The position numbers and the translations under genes were made by a program. A stretch of 64,000 nt of DNA, taken from an uncultured Bacteroidota bacterium (lineage in GTDB: Bacteria > Bacteroidota > Bacteroidia > Flavobacteriales > Flavobacteriaceae). Below are positions 1 to 8,746 of the stretch, in pieces (positions within the stretch are counted from its first letter, which is position 1; every line of letters starts with the position of its first letter). The DNA lies in NCBI GenBank assembly GCA_902605445.1, contig CACLCL010000003.1, positions 1,192 to 65,191 of the forward strand, in the 5' to 3' direction. The notes beneath the pieces are model-generated. The model did no database searches. It saw nothing but the letters and a program-made list of their open reading frames with translations, and was not told the DNA's origin.

Positions 1-1266
1 TGTTACATAATCTATTTTTCTTAGTTGAAAATCAGCATAGATACTTAAACCATCTGAAAGTTGATATATTGTTTTAATAAAATTACTGAAGTCCTTTTTT
101 AGACCATTACCATTGTAAAATAAATCGGTAAACTGAATATCTCCTGAATTTTGAGCCCATATTGTTTCACCAAAATGATCACCATCATATTCACTATATG
201 TTGAGCCAAAGGTTAAATTATTATTAGCGGTTGTATAATTCAAATTATAATTAAAAACAAAAAACTGGTTATCTAACCATTTTCTTGTAATATAATCCTC
301 ATTACCGTTTTCATTATACTGTTCGTAAAAGCCTCTTCCATTAGTTAGATTCAACCCCAAGCTTGAGGTTAAGTTGTTAGAGACAGATTGGGTCCAATGA
401 AATTGAAAATGGTCTTGCTTGTAGTTATCAACTTCATTTTCATGAAATTTCTCATTTCCATCCAAATCAAAATAAAGGCCCGATGGATTATAAGTTCGAT
501 TGTTTTCTAGGGTCAATAAATCAATTCCATTCCACGCTTGATAGGTAATCTCATGACCACCAAAATTTAAAAATTTTAAAAGAGTTTTATTTTTTTTGTA
601 AGAAAACTGTAGAAAATACGATTTTAGATTTGATGAAGCTCTATCAATGTAACCATCTGAGTCAATTTTTGACAATCTGCCGGAAAACTCAAAGACATTA
701 TTTAATAAACCAGTACTGAACTTAAAATTATTTTTTATGGTATTGAAGCTACCTACAGTATTTGAACTTTCAAAAAAAGATTTTTCTGCAATCTTATCAG
801 TTAGAATATTAATACTTGCCCCAAAAGCACTTGATCCATTAACTGAGGTGCCAATTCCTCTTTGAACTTGTAAATTTTCAACAGAGGAGGAGAAATCAGG
901 TAAGTCTACCCAAAAAGTACCAAGTGATTCAGCGTCATTATAGGGAATACCATTTATTGTAACATTTGTTGATTGTGAATTAATTCCTCTAATTCTGATT
1001 CCTGTATATCCAATACCAGCCCCAGCATCTGAGGTAGTAACAACATTTGGTAAGAAATTCAATAATATTGGTATATCCTGACCTAAGTTTCTTTTTGAAA
1101 GCTCATCTTTAGAAATATTATTAAATGCAATTGGTAAATTTTCTTTTGCTCTCACTGACGATACAATAACCTCCTCCAAATTTTGGATCTCTAATGTGTC
1201 TATAGCTATTTGTTGAGCACTGATTGTATAGCAAAAAATAAATAATAGGAAAAATATATTTTTCAT
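1..1266 (-). CDS. TonB-dependent outer-membrane receptor, N-terminal 422 codons (runs off left window edge)
   Basis: Not in the ORF track because there is no stop in the window. Hand translation from ATG (1266..1264) gives MKNIFFLLFIFCYTISAQQ (signal peptide). Then ...VIVSSVRAKENLPIAFNNISKDELSKRNLGQDIPILLNFLPNVVTTSDAGAGIGYTGIRIRGINSQSTNVTINGIPYNDAES...LQVQRGIGTSVNGSSAFGASINI, which are typical TBDR plug motifs. I read the frame in triplets down to position 1 and saw no in-frame stop. A TPP riboswitch sits immediately 5' of it. Confidence 0.8.
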   Translation of the reverse strand, partial: MKNIFFLLFIFCYTISAQQIAIDTLEIQNLEEVIVSSVRAKENLPIAFNNISKDELSKRNLGQDIPILLNFLPNVVTTSDAGAGIGYTGIRIRGINSQSTNVTINGIPYNDAESLGTFWVDLPDFSSSVENLQVQRGIGTSVNGSSAFGASINILTDKIAEKSFFESSNTVGSFNTIKNNFKFSTGLLNNVFEFSGRLSKIDSDGYIDRASSNLKSYFLQFSYKKNKTLLKFLNFGGHEITYQAWNGIDLLTLENNRTYNPSGLYFDLDGNEKFHENEVDNYKQDHFQFHWTQSVSNNLTSSLGLNLTNGRGFYEQYNENGNEDYITRKWLDNQFFVFNYNLNYTTANNNLTFGSTYSEYDGDHFGETIWAQNSGDIQFTDLFYNGNGLKKDFSNFIKTIYQLSDGLSIYADFQLRKIDYVT

Positions 1267-1321
1267 ACGTTCTGTTTAAATTAAAGGTTTGAGGGGGGAT
1301 AAAAAAATTAATTCTTATAAT

Positions 1322-1396
1322 ACATTTTCCTAAACAGCATTACCTGTTCAAGGTTCAATGGGTATAATCTCAGCTTTATCCAGCACCCCTATGTTA
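1322..1396 (-). promoter_or_regulatory. TPP (THI-box) riboswitch aptamer upstream of the TonB-dependent receptor
   Basis: The minus-strand RNA reads UAACAU-AGGGGUGCUGGAUAAAGCUGAGAUUAUACCCAUUGAACCUUGAACAGGUAAUGCUGUUUAGGAAA-AUGUA. It contains the conserved GGGGUGC, CUGAGA, ACCC, GAACCUGA-like and UAAUGC...AGGAA elements. P1 closes as ACAU/AUGU. A U-run and a CCCCCC tract that could pair with the aptamer GGGG follow it, before the ATG at 1266. Confidence 0.8.
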
Positions 1397-1432
1397 TAAT
1401 GCAAATTTACAACTTATTTTTAATTAAATAAA

Positions 1433-2641
1433 TTATTGATTTTTAATTGGCCAATTATCACCCTCAGGAAAATTTCCGTTAGTCCATTCAATTAATTCAT
1501 CATCAGTTAATAAGCAGCTATCTAATATTTTTGTAATTGTTCTAACTTCTAGCTTTTGACCTATAAAAACAAGTTCAATCTTTCTGTCACCAAACTCAGC
1601 ATCCCAATCAGACTCAATTTGATCCTGATTATTCAAAAAAGATGGGTAGTTAATTCTTTCAGTAAATGGCATTGAATCCCACCAAACACCGGCCGGATCA
1701 GCTTTCACAGACCCTCCTGCTGAGCTCCAAATAAGAGCTTGATTAGATCTCGAGGCAATCCAAAACAACCCTTTACTTCTAATAATATTTGATGGAAAAT
1801 CTTTAGTAACAAAAGATAAAAATCGTTCAGGGTGAAAAGGCCTTTTATTTCTGTAAACAAACGAACCAATACCATATTCCTCCGTCTCAGGAATGTGCTC
1901 ATTTTCTAATTCCTTAATCCAACCAGCAGATGCTTCTGCTTTTTCAAAGTTGAACAAACCTGTATTGATTACCTCTTCAAGATTCACTTTTGAATGGTTA
2001 GTTTGAATTAGCTTGGCATCTGGATTTAACTTTTGAATAATTTCTGAGAGTATTTTCAATTCAGATTTAGAAACAAGATCTACTTTGTTTAGTAAAATTA
2101 CATTTGCAAATTCAACTTGATCAGTCAATAAGTTAACTATAGTTCTATCATCACCTTCAATGTCCGTAAGACTTCTGTCAGTTAGATATTCTGGACTTGA
2201 AAAATCCTTAATAAAGTTGAAAGAATCAACAACTGTAACCATTGTATCAACATAACTAAATTTACTAAGATCAATTTTTCCATCTTCACTTTCAAAACTA
2301 AATGTTTGAGCAACAGGAATTGGCTCGGAAATTCCAGTACTCTCAATTATTAAATAATCAAATCTGTTTTCTTGAGCTAATTTCTCCACTTCAACTATTA
2401 AGTCTTCACGGAGTGTACAACATATACATCCATTACTCATCTCTACTAACTTTTCATCAGTTCTTGAAAGACTATTTTCACTTTTGACTAATTCCGCATC
2501 TATATTTACCTCGCTCATATCATTTACGATCACGGCTGCTTTTAGCCCTTGCTTATTGTGTAAAATATGATTCAATAAAGTTGTTTTTCCAGCACCCAAA
2601 AAACCACTTAGAACAGTAACAGGAAGTTTTTTTGTATTCAT
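1433..2641 (-). CDS. COG0523-family (CobW/YeiR/ZigA-like) G3E GTPase metallochaperone
   Basis: Walker A GFLGAGKTTLLN, the metal-binding CxCC motif (GCICCTL), NKVDL (NKxD) and a CobW_C-like C-terminal half. Confidence 0.9.
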   Translation of the reverse strand: MNTKKLPVTVLSGFLGAGKTTLLNHILHNKQGLKAAVIVNDMSEVNIDAELVKSENSLSRTDEKLVEMSNGCICCTLREDLIVEVEKLAQENRFDYLIIESTGISEPIPVAQTFSFESEDGKIDLSKFSYVDTMVTVVDSFNFIKDFSSPEYLTDRSLTDIEGDDRTIVNLLTDQVEFANVILLNKVDLVSKSELKILSEIIQKLNPDAKLIQTNHSKVNLEEVINTGLFNFEKAEASAGWIKELENEHIPETEEYGIGSFVYRNKRPFHPERFLSFVTKDFPSNIIRSKGLFWIASRSNQALIWSSAGGSVKADPAGVWWDSMPFTERINYPSFLNNQDQIESDWDAEFGDRKIELVFIGQKLEVRTITKILDSCLLTDDELIEWTNGNFPEGDNWPIKNQ

Positions 2642-2645
2642 GAAA

Positions 2646-5084
2646 TTAATAATTGTAGCTAACGGAAAGCATAATATTTCTACCCATTTCGTGGGTAAAA
2701 TATCTAAGTCTATTTAGATAGCTCTTATAAAGATTATTTAATAAGTTTTCAACTCGCAAACGAATTTTATAATTTGCTCCTGTCTTTGTCTTATAGGCTA
2801 TTGAAGATGAAAAATTTAATAAATGATATGCACCTGGCGGAGTACTTGTATCCAGCATTTGATAAGTTCCATCAGTTGGGATATAAACTTCAAAATTTGT
2901 ATTTGGAAATTCGTTTTGTCTAAAAAAGTACTCACTTTCAAGTGAAAGATTTAAATTATTTAACTTTTCAAAATTATAACTGATTTGATTTTTCAAACTT
3001 ACTGGGGGCATATTAATCAACGGCTTGTTATTTGATTTTTCATAGCCTTTGACAATTGAAAATTCACTTCCAATAAAAAAATCTTTAAAGAGTTTTCTTT
3101 CATATTTTAAATCAAAACCATACAGTTTAGCATCTTGCTGTTTATACTCCCAGTAAGGAAAAACACCTGCAATTGTGGAAGTCAGTGACACTGGAATCAT
3201 ATAAATAAAATTGTCAACCAAATTCACAAATGAGTTTAATACAAGATTTGATTTGTCATTTGCGAAGCTATATGTCAAGGCAATATTATGGCCAACCTCA
3301 GATTGAAAACTTAAATCTCCAATTTCTATTCTTGCAGATGAGTGGTGTAATCCCTCACTAAATAACTCTGATGGGTTTGGTTTTCTGGATGAAATTGAAT
3401 AATTAAAGTACAAATTTTTGTTTTTATCAATATTAAACCTAGTTCCAACATTAGAGGAGATGTTGTTAAAAGTAAATTTAGGGTTAGTAAGTGTATTGAT
3501 TCCTAAATCTTCGACAAGAAATTGTGGAAATAACTCATCATAATTTCTTAGTTCCCACAAAGATGTTCTATAATATTTGTAAGCATTAATATGTGAAAAA
3601 TCATATCTCAAACCACCTTCAAAAGTCCAGTAGTCATTAAGGCTAACATCATATACAGAGTACAAACTAAAATCATATTTTTTATAGTCTGGGATTATTC
3701 TTTTAACTCCTGTTGCTGGATCTGGAAAATTCTTTTGATATCGCACTGAAATTCCTGATTTCAGGTTTGAACCATTTTCAAATTTTGATTCTAAATCTAA
3801 AGCTAATGTGTGTGTTTGAAGACTAAGATCTAGTGCAGGTTTATTTCTATTATCCCCTCTTCTAATATCGAATTCTTTACGATCATTTAGTTGAAAATCA
3901 TACCTTAAAGTTAATCTGCCAAAGTCAAAATTTTTAAAAGCTTTTAATTTTAAAAGATTATGACTTATTTTTTGTCTAGGAATATTAATATTATATGAAA
4001 AGTCTTCAATTATATGAGGAATTTCATTGTCAATAGCATTAATAATATCAATTGCTGTGTGAGCATGAGAGGATCTTAGAATACCTAAAAAATTACCAAA
4101 ATAGGAGTAGTATATATCAAAGCCATAGTCAATCCTATTTAGACCTGCTTTTAAAGAAAAATTATTTTCAGAAAAACCAGTATTAGTCATAATATATGAA
4201 GGTGTTTCAAAATCACCCATACGTTTGTAAGTACCTTGAAATTTATAATACCAACCATTACTATTTGTCTTGGTGAAATTTGCTGAAATTCCACCACCTC
4301 TTCCATTTGATTGGAGATTTGTAGTAACATTTCCTCGAATAGTATCTAACAGTTTTTCCCTATTTGTTTCTGTAATTATTACTCCACCTACAGCATCACC
4401 TGCATATTTAAGTGCGCTTGCTCCTTTAATAACAGAAATTTTATCTATTGAATTTATATCAACACTTGGAGCGTGTTCAATGCCCCACTCTTGGTCCTCT
4501 AGTCTAACATCATTATTTATGATAACAATTCTACTACTGTGTAAACCATTTATAACTGGTTTTGATAAATAATTCCCAGAATTTAAGGTGCTTACACCTG
4601 TGACTGTTTTTAATATATCTCCTAAAGTTCTACTATTGTAATCTTCGAAAACCTCTTCTGAAATTTCATTTTCAAATAATGATTTGGAAATATTTCTGTT
4701 ATCGGAGAGTATCATAACTTCCTCTAACTCGTTCATGTGATGTTCTAGCCTAATTTTTTTGAATGTATCCTTAGTCAGGTTCAATGATAAATTAACGGTT
4801 TCACAATCTTCATGAGAAATACTTAGTGAATATTTTTTTTGACATAAATTTTCAAAAACTAAACTTCCATCATAATCAGTCGTACCCCCAATGTCTAACT
4901 CATTAATCATTACAAATGCATTCATCAATGGTGAACCATCATGCAAATCCAATACTTCAATTGAAAGCCTGTAATTACAATCTTGTGCAAAGCTCTTTAC
5001 ACAACATAATGAAAAAAAAGCATAAAATGCTAGTGCTAATTTCGAAGTGAAACTAGCACCGCATTTTTTACATTTACAACTCAT
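2646..5084 (-). CDS. TonB-dependent receptor with N-terminal carboxypeptidase-regulatory-like domain
   Basis: 812 aa. Signal peptide, then a CarbopepD_reg-like segment (YRLSIEVLDLHDGSPL...DYDGSLVFENL). Plug motifs are present (VISVIKGASALKYAGDAVGGVIIT). A long beta-barrel ends in ...MLSVSYNY. The gene starts 2 nt after the upstream lipoprotein gene and ends 5 nt before the COG0523 gene. Confidence 0.9.
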   Translation of the reverse strand: MSCKCKKCGASFTSKLALAFYAFFSLCCVKSFAQDCNYRLSIEVLDLHDGSPLMNAFVMINELDIGGTTDYDGSLVFENLCQKKYSLSISHEDCETVNLSLNLTKDTFKKIRLEHHMNELEEVMILSDNRNISKSLFENEISEEVFEDYNSRTLGDILKTVTGVSTLNSGNYLSKPVINGLHSSRIVIINNDVRLEDQEWGIEHAPSVDINSIDKISVIKGASALKYAGDAVGGVIITETNREKLLDTIRGNVTTNLQSNGRGGGISANFTKTNSNGWYYKFQGTYKRMGDFETPSYIMTNTGFSENNFSLKAGLNRIDYGFDIYYSYFGNFLGILRSSHAHTAIDIINAIDNEIPHIIEDFSYNINIPRQKISHNLLKLKAFKNFDFGRLTLRYDFQLNDRKEFDIRRGDNRNKPALDLSLQTHTLALDLESKFENGSNLKSGISVRYQKNFPDPATGVKRIIPDYKKYDFSLYSVYDVSLNDYWTFEGGLRYDFSHINAYKYYRTSLWELRNYDELFPQFLVEDLGINTLTNPKFTFNNISSNVGTRFNIDKNKNLYFNYSISSRKPNPSELFSEGLHHSSARIEIGDLSFQSEVGHNIALTYSFANDKSNLVLNSFVNLVDNFIYMIPVSLTSTIAGVFPYWEYKQQDAKLYGFDLKYERKLFKDFFIGSEFSIVKGYEKSNNKPLINMPPVSLKNQISYNFEKLNNLNLSLESEYFFRQNEFPNTNFEVYIPTDGTYQMLDTSTPPGAYHLLNFSSSIAYKTKTGANYKIRLRVENLLNNLYKSYLNRLRYFTHEMGRNIMLSVSYNY

Positions 5085-5085
5085 A

Positions 5086-5631
5086 TTACTCTACCGTAAC
5101 AGGGAAAGATGTTTGAATATCAATTGATCCACCAGCTGTATCTACAGTACCATCATTTGGCTTCATAGGCTCATGAATTAATGTAATAGTAACTGTACCT
5201 GTACCGGCGTTAGTGGTTGTTAGTGTGAACTGAGTTCCAACAGGAAATCCATTGGAGTCAAAATCAACGTAGGCAAAATCAACAGCTAAATCCATTGCAC
5301 TAAAAAAGACCTGATGCTCATCTTGTTCTTCAACGATTTCTAATGTTACATCCTCAGCAGGATCTTCCATTTCATTTAACCATACAATTGAACCGGTATA
5401 TGTAGTTCCCGCACTTAAAGTACCACCTGAAACAACTGGTTCATTTGGACCATCTCCGTCCAAATCCTGAGTTTGCATTGTCACAACATTACCCATTGCG
5501 TCTGTTAAGGTTACTGTCATTGTGGTAATTACTTCCTCTTCATTAATCGGTTCTGGTGTATTGTCGTCGTCGTCACTACATGAGAAGTATAAAAAAGGTA
5601 TTGCCAATAAGGCATATTTAAAAATTTTCAT
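5086..5631 (-). CDS. Acidic lipoprotein of unknown function, co-operonic with the TonB-dependent receptor
   Basis: Lipobox LYFSC followed by SDDDDN. The protein is all-beta-looking and rich in T/V/D/E. There is a 1 nt gap to the TBDR start. I recognise no family. Confidence 0.6.
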   Translation of the reverse strand: MKIFKYALLAIPFLYFSCSDDDDNTPEPINEEEVITTMTVTLTDAMGNVVTMQTQDLDGDGPNEPVVSGGTLSAGTTYTGSIVWLNEMEDPAEDVTLEIVEEQDEHQVFFSAMDLAVDFAYVDFDSNGFPVGTQFTLTTTNAGTGTVTITLIHEPMKPNDGTVDTAGGSIDIQTSFPVTVE

Positions 5632-5697
5632 AATATTTTATTTAAAAGTTTATTAATATTTGCGATTTGTATCGCTTTAGAAATACGAATGTTGAAA

Positions 5698-5997
5698 CTA
5701 TACTTTTGGCGGGGCTCTTAAGTTAAAAGTTCTTTTAAGTTTTGAAATTGGATTTCTAATTAGATAAATATAAAAATCATCATTAGAAAGCGATAAATAA
5801 TTAATTTTTTTGTCAGTAGTAAAACTATTCTCAGCATTTGCTATTACATAACAAACTGAACAGTGATTTTCTGCCTGATGAAAATGAACTTTGGTCTCAT
5901 TACATACTTCATGATCCTCAAAAAGATGGTGAGCGAAGCTAAATAAACTTGGAAAAATTAACAGAAAAGAAAGTAAAAAGCTCTTAGTTTTTTTCAC
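5698..5997 (-). CDS. Small secreted His/Cys-rich protein, unknown function
   Basis: 99 aa. Signal peptide MKKTKSFLLSFLLIFPSLFSFA, then HHLFEDHEVCNETKVHFHQAENHCSVCY. That stretch holds 6 His and 3 Cys in 28 residues. Same strand as the TBDR/COG0523 operon and directly upstream of it. Confidence 0.45.
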   Translation of the reverse strand: MKKTKSFLLSFLLIFPSLFSFAHHLFEDHEVCNETKVHFHQAENHCSVCYVIANAENSFTTDKKINYLSLSNDDFYIYLIRNPISKLKRTFNLRAPPKV

Positions 5998-6015
5998 ATA
6001 TTAAAAATAAAAAAT

Positions 6016-6573
6016 TTAAATTAAATCATTAATGTATTTAATAGCAATTTTTAATCTTTTTTCTTTAGTCCCAGAAATTAACCTATAGTTAAGATTATTT
6101 TTTTCAAGCTCATCTTTAAATATTTTCATTGAGTATTCTCTTTCATTGGGCTTGTCTCTTAAATCATCCTTTTCCCATGGAATATCAATATCAGTCAGTA
6201 AATACAAATCGTAATGATTCAGCATTGCATACTTTTTTAATAATGGATCACATGTTCCACCATAATAATATTTTGAATAAACCATTGTTTCGAAAATATT
6301 TGTATCACAAATTAATAAGTTTTCAGAGTTGTTTGCCAACTCGTTTTCAATTTTCATCTGGCCATATGCAATTGGCATAATGTCACTTGGCTGACAGATT
6401 CTTTTCTCTTTATCCCAAATATTTTGCAAATATTGCCTTGCAAATTCTGGAACCCATTTTACATTATAATACTTTGCCAATTCAATTGCCAAAGTTGTTT
6501 TCCCTGTTGACTCGGGTCCATACAAAACAACCTTTTTACAGCTAGAATTTATTTGCTTAAGCTTTTCTTCCAT
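6016..6573 (-). CDS. NadR-type AAA ATPase / ribosylnicotinamide kinase-like protein
   Basis: P-loop YGPESTGKTTLA, about 185 aa. Resembles the NadR C-terminal kinase domain (AAA_28). Overlaps pnuC by 25 nt. Confidence 0.7.
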   Translation of the reverse strand: MEEKLKQINSSCKKVVLYGPESTGKTTLAIELAKYYNVKWVPEFARQYLQNIWDKEKRICQPSDIMPIAYGQMKIENELANNSENLLICDTNIFETMVYSKYYYGGTCDPLLKKYAMLNHYDLYLLTDIDIPWEKDDLRDKPNEREYSMKIFKDELEKNNLNYRLISGTKEKRLKIAIKYINDLI

Positions 6574-7166
6574 TCGATGTATCCTTGAATTGCTAAAAAT
6601 GTAAAAATAATATATTGTAACGATAACATTCCCAATCCTCTGTATGCATACAAAGGAACTGTGATGATATCACCTATTACCCACAAAACCCAACTCTCAA
6701 GTTTTTTATTTGCCATTAACCACATGGCAGTAAAGAATATTCCAGAAGTAAAAATATCAATATAGTTGGGTATTTTTATAACAACTGAACTTAAAATGTA
6801 AACTGTGTACGTAATTACAACGGTGATTAAAAATAAAGTAATCGTAATTCCAAAATCGTCTTTTGAAAATCGGGTTATTTTGAGCAAGTATTTATCATCA
6901 TTCTTCCTTGACCAGTTCCACCAACCATAAAAACTCATTATTGAGTAATATATATTCATCATCATATCCCCGAAATATTGAGCGCTGTAAAGAATATAAA
7001 CTGTAATTACAGTACATATAATACCAAAAGGGTAAACTAAAATATTTTCCTTTTGTGCATAAATCACACTAAGAATACCAAAGAAAAAGGCTAAAAACTC
7101 TAATAAAATGTCAATATTTGAATGAGATTTATATGAGTTAAGAAAAAAATCGAAGAGCTGAGTCAT
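6549..7166 (-). CDS. pnuC: Nicotinamide riboside transporter PnuC family
   Basis: 205 aa polytopic membrane protein with the PnuC hallmark FYGWWNW motif. Paired with the NadR-like kinase. Confidence 0.85.
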   Translation of the reverse strand: MTQLFDFFLNSYKSHSNIDILLEFLAFFFGILSVIYAQKENILVYPFGIICTVITVYILYSAQYFGDMMMNIYYSIMSFYGWWNWSRKNDDKYLLKITRFSKDDFGITITLFLITVVITYTVYILSSVVIKIPNYIDIFTSGIFFTAMWLMANKKLESWVLWVIGDIITVPLYAYRGLGMLSLQYIIFTFLAIQGYIEWKKSLSK

Positions 7167-7786
7167 TATTCTTTGATTACATATGCTAAGGTATAATTTT
7201 TAAAAACTTTATAATAAGAGCAGAAAGAATAAATTTCATCGTTATTGATGTACCAACTTTTTACTTTGTTATTTTCTTTTTCCAGCGGCAAAACAATAAT
7301 ATTTTTTCTAAAATCCATTGGTTTATTTTCTAAAGATTTAAAAATACTCTCTTTGATATTCCAATAAACTAATAAATTACTTGTACTTAAATCAATCGGG
7401 TAATCTAATTCAACGTCTAAAAACTTTTTCTCAATTTTTTTAATTTTTTCACCAAATTCTTCCAAGTCAATACCAACTTGTTTATCACTTACAATTAATG
7501 CTGCATAACTTCCCGCGTGAGTAACGGAAATATTTTTTTTACTATTTAAATATGGTTTTCCTAGCTCAGAATAGGAAACCAAATATTTTTCAGAGGACAT
7601 TAATTCAAGTATGTTTCTAATAGCTAAAAATTGCTTTTTATGAATCTCCTTCTTTTTTAGATCTAATATTTGCTTTGAAGAATTATCAAGCTGAATTTTA
7701 GAAAGGAGAATATCAACAGTTTCTGTGATTTGCCAGATTAATATTCTTGTATTAGGAAACGGGGCAAAGTCTTCTATAATAGGCAT
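7166..7786 (-). CDS. 4'-phosphopantetheinyl transferase superfamily protein
   Basis: ...LGKPYL...ISVTHAGSYAALIVSDKQVGIDLE... is the Sfp/EntD-type PPTase motif pattern. Overlaps the pnuC start by 1 nt. Confidence 0.7.
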   Translation of the reverse strand: MPIIEDFAPFPNTRILIWQITETVDILLSKIQLDNSSKQILDLKKKEIHKKQFLAIRNILELMSSEKYLVSYSELGKPYLNSKKNISVTHAGSYAALIVSDKQVGIDLEEFGEKIKKIEKKFLDVELDYPIDLSTSNLLVYWNIKESIFKSLENKPMDFRKNIIVLPLEKENNKVKSWYINNDEIYSFCSYYKVFKNYTLAYVIKE

Positions 7787-7845
7787 ATACGATTTTAAAT
7801 ATACGTATTAAGCAATTAATTTATTAGAAAAAAATGATTTGTTGT

Positions 7846-8100
7846 TTATGCAGGAATAACAGAAACAAAAGACTTATTGTCCTTTTTCTTTGTGAATTTC
7901 ACAGTACCGTCTACTCTAGCATGTAGTGTGTGATCTTTTCCAAGATAAACATTTTCACCTGGATTGTGAACTGTTCCTCTCTGTCTTACAATAATATTAC
8001 CGGCCTTGGCTAGCTGGCCACCAAATATTTTTACGCCTAATCGTTTCGATTGAGATTCTCTTCCGTTTTTTGAACTTCCAACTCCTTTTTTATGTGCCAT
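7846..8100 (-). CDS. rpmA: 50S ribosomal protein L27
   Basis: [29 protein letters not shown]... is the canonical bL27 N-terminus. Confidence 0.97.
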   Translation of the reverse strand: MAHKKGVGSSKNGRESQSKRLGVKIFGGQLAKAGNIIVRQRGTVHNPGENVYLGKDHTLHARVDGTVKFTKKKDNKSFVSVIPA

Positions 8101-8110
8101 TTTTTATTTT

Positions 8111-8620
8111 TTAACTTAATGCTTTAATTAAATCAGCTTTTTTCATCGATGAGATTCCAGAAATTCCTTTTTCTTTTGCTAATTCCTTTAATTTTCCAAC
8201 AGACAAACTAGCTAAATCTTTTACTTCTTTCTTTTTGTCAGTGGAGTTCTTCTTACTAACAGTTTTAGAAGCTGTTTCTTTTTTAGTAGATGTTTTCTTT
8301 TGGGTTCCTCCAGTAAGAATATCACTGATTTCTATTTCGGTGATTGCCTGGCGATGTCCATTCTTGACTTTATAACCTTTTCTTCTTTTTTTCTTGAAAA
8401 CAATAACTTTGTCTGACTTTAAATGCTTTAAAACTTTTGCATCAACCTGAGCTCCAGAAACTTTTGGTGTTCCAATAGATGATTTAGAACCATCATTTAT
8501 CATAAGAACATTATCAAAAGAAACTTTTTTACCCTCAGCAACATCAAGTTTATTTACAAAAATCTTTTGTTTTTTTTCAACTTTAAATTGCTTACCAGAA
8601 ATTTCTACAATCGCGTACAT
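8111..8620 (-). CDS. rplU: 50S ribosomal protein L21 with Lys-rich C-terminal extension ending in a Rho_N/SAP-like helix-hairpin
   Basis: The canonical bL21 start MYAIVEISGKQFKV is at 8620. The ORF-track start at 8668 adds 16 unlikely residues. The C-terminus reads ...KKKEVKDLASLSVGKLKELAKEKGISGISSMKKADLIKALS. Confidence 0.9.
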   Translation of the reverse strand: MYAIVEISGKQFKVEKKQKIFVNKLDVAEGKKVSFDNVLMINDGSKSSIGTPKVSGAQVDAKVLKHLKSDKVIVFKKKRRKGYKVKNGHRQAITEIEISDILTGGTQKKTSTKKETASKTVSKKNSTDKKKEVKDLASLSVGKLKELAKEKGISGISSMKKADLIKALS

Positions 8621-8746
8621 ATACTTGTTTTGCGTGTGCAAATATAAAGTTAATTCATTAATCAGCAAATTTTTAAAAAAATAATAAATCTACCAGATTA
8701 CAATACATTTAATCATTTTTTAACACAATCTTTTAAATCCATCAAT

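Noticed and set aside
5662-5675. The GCGAT-TTGT-ATCGC inverted repeat between the small His/Cys gene and the lipoprotein gene could be a Zur/Fur box.
   Set aside because: It has only 5 bp arms and does not resemble the Fur/Zur consensus as I remember it. It is kept only as a pointer inside the metal-operon finding.
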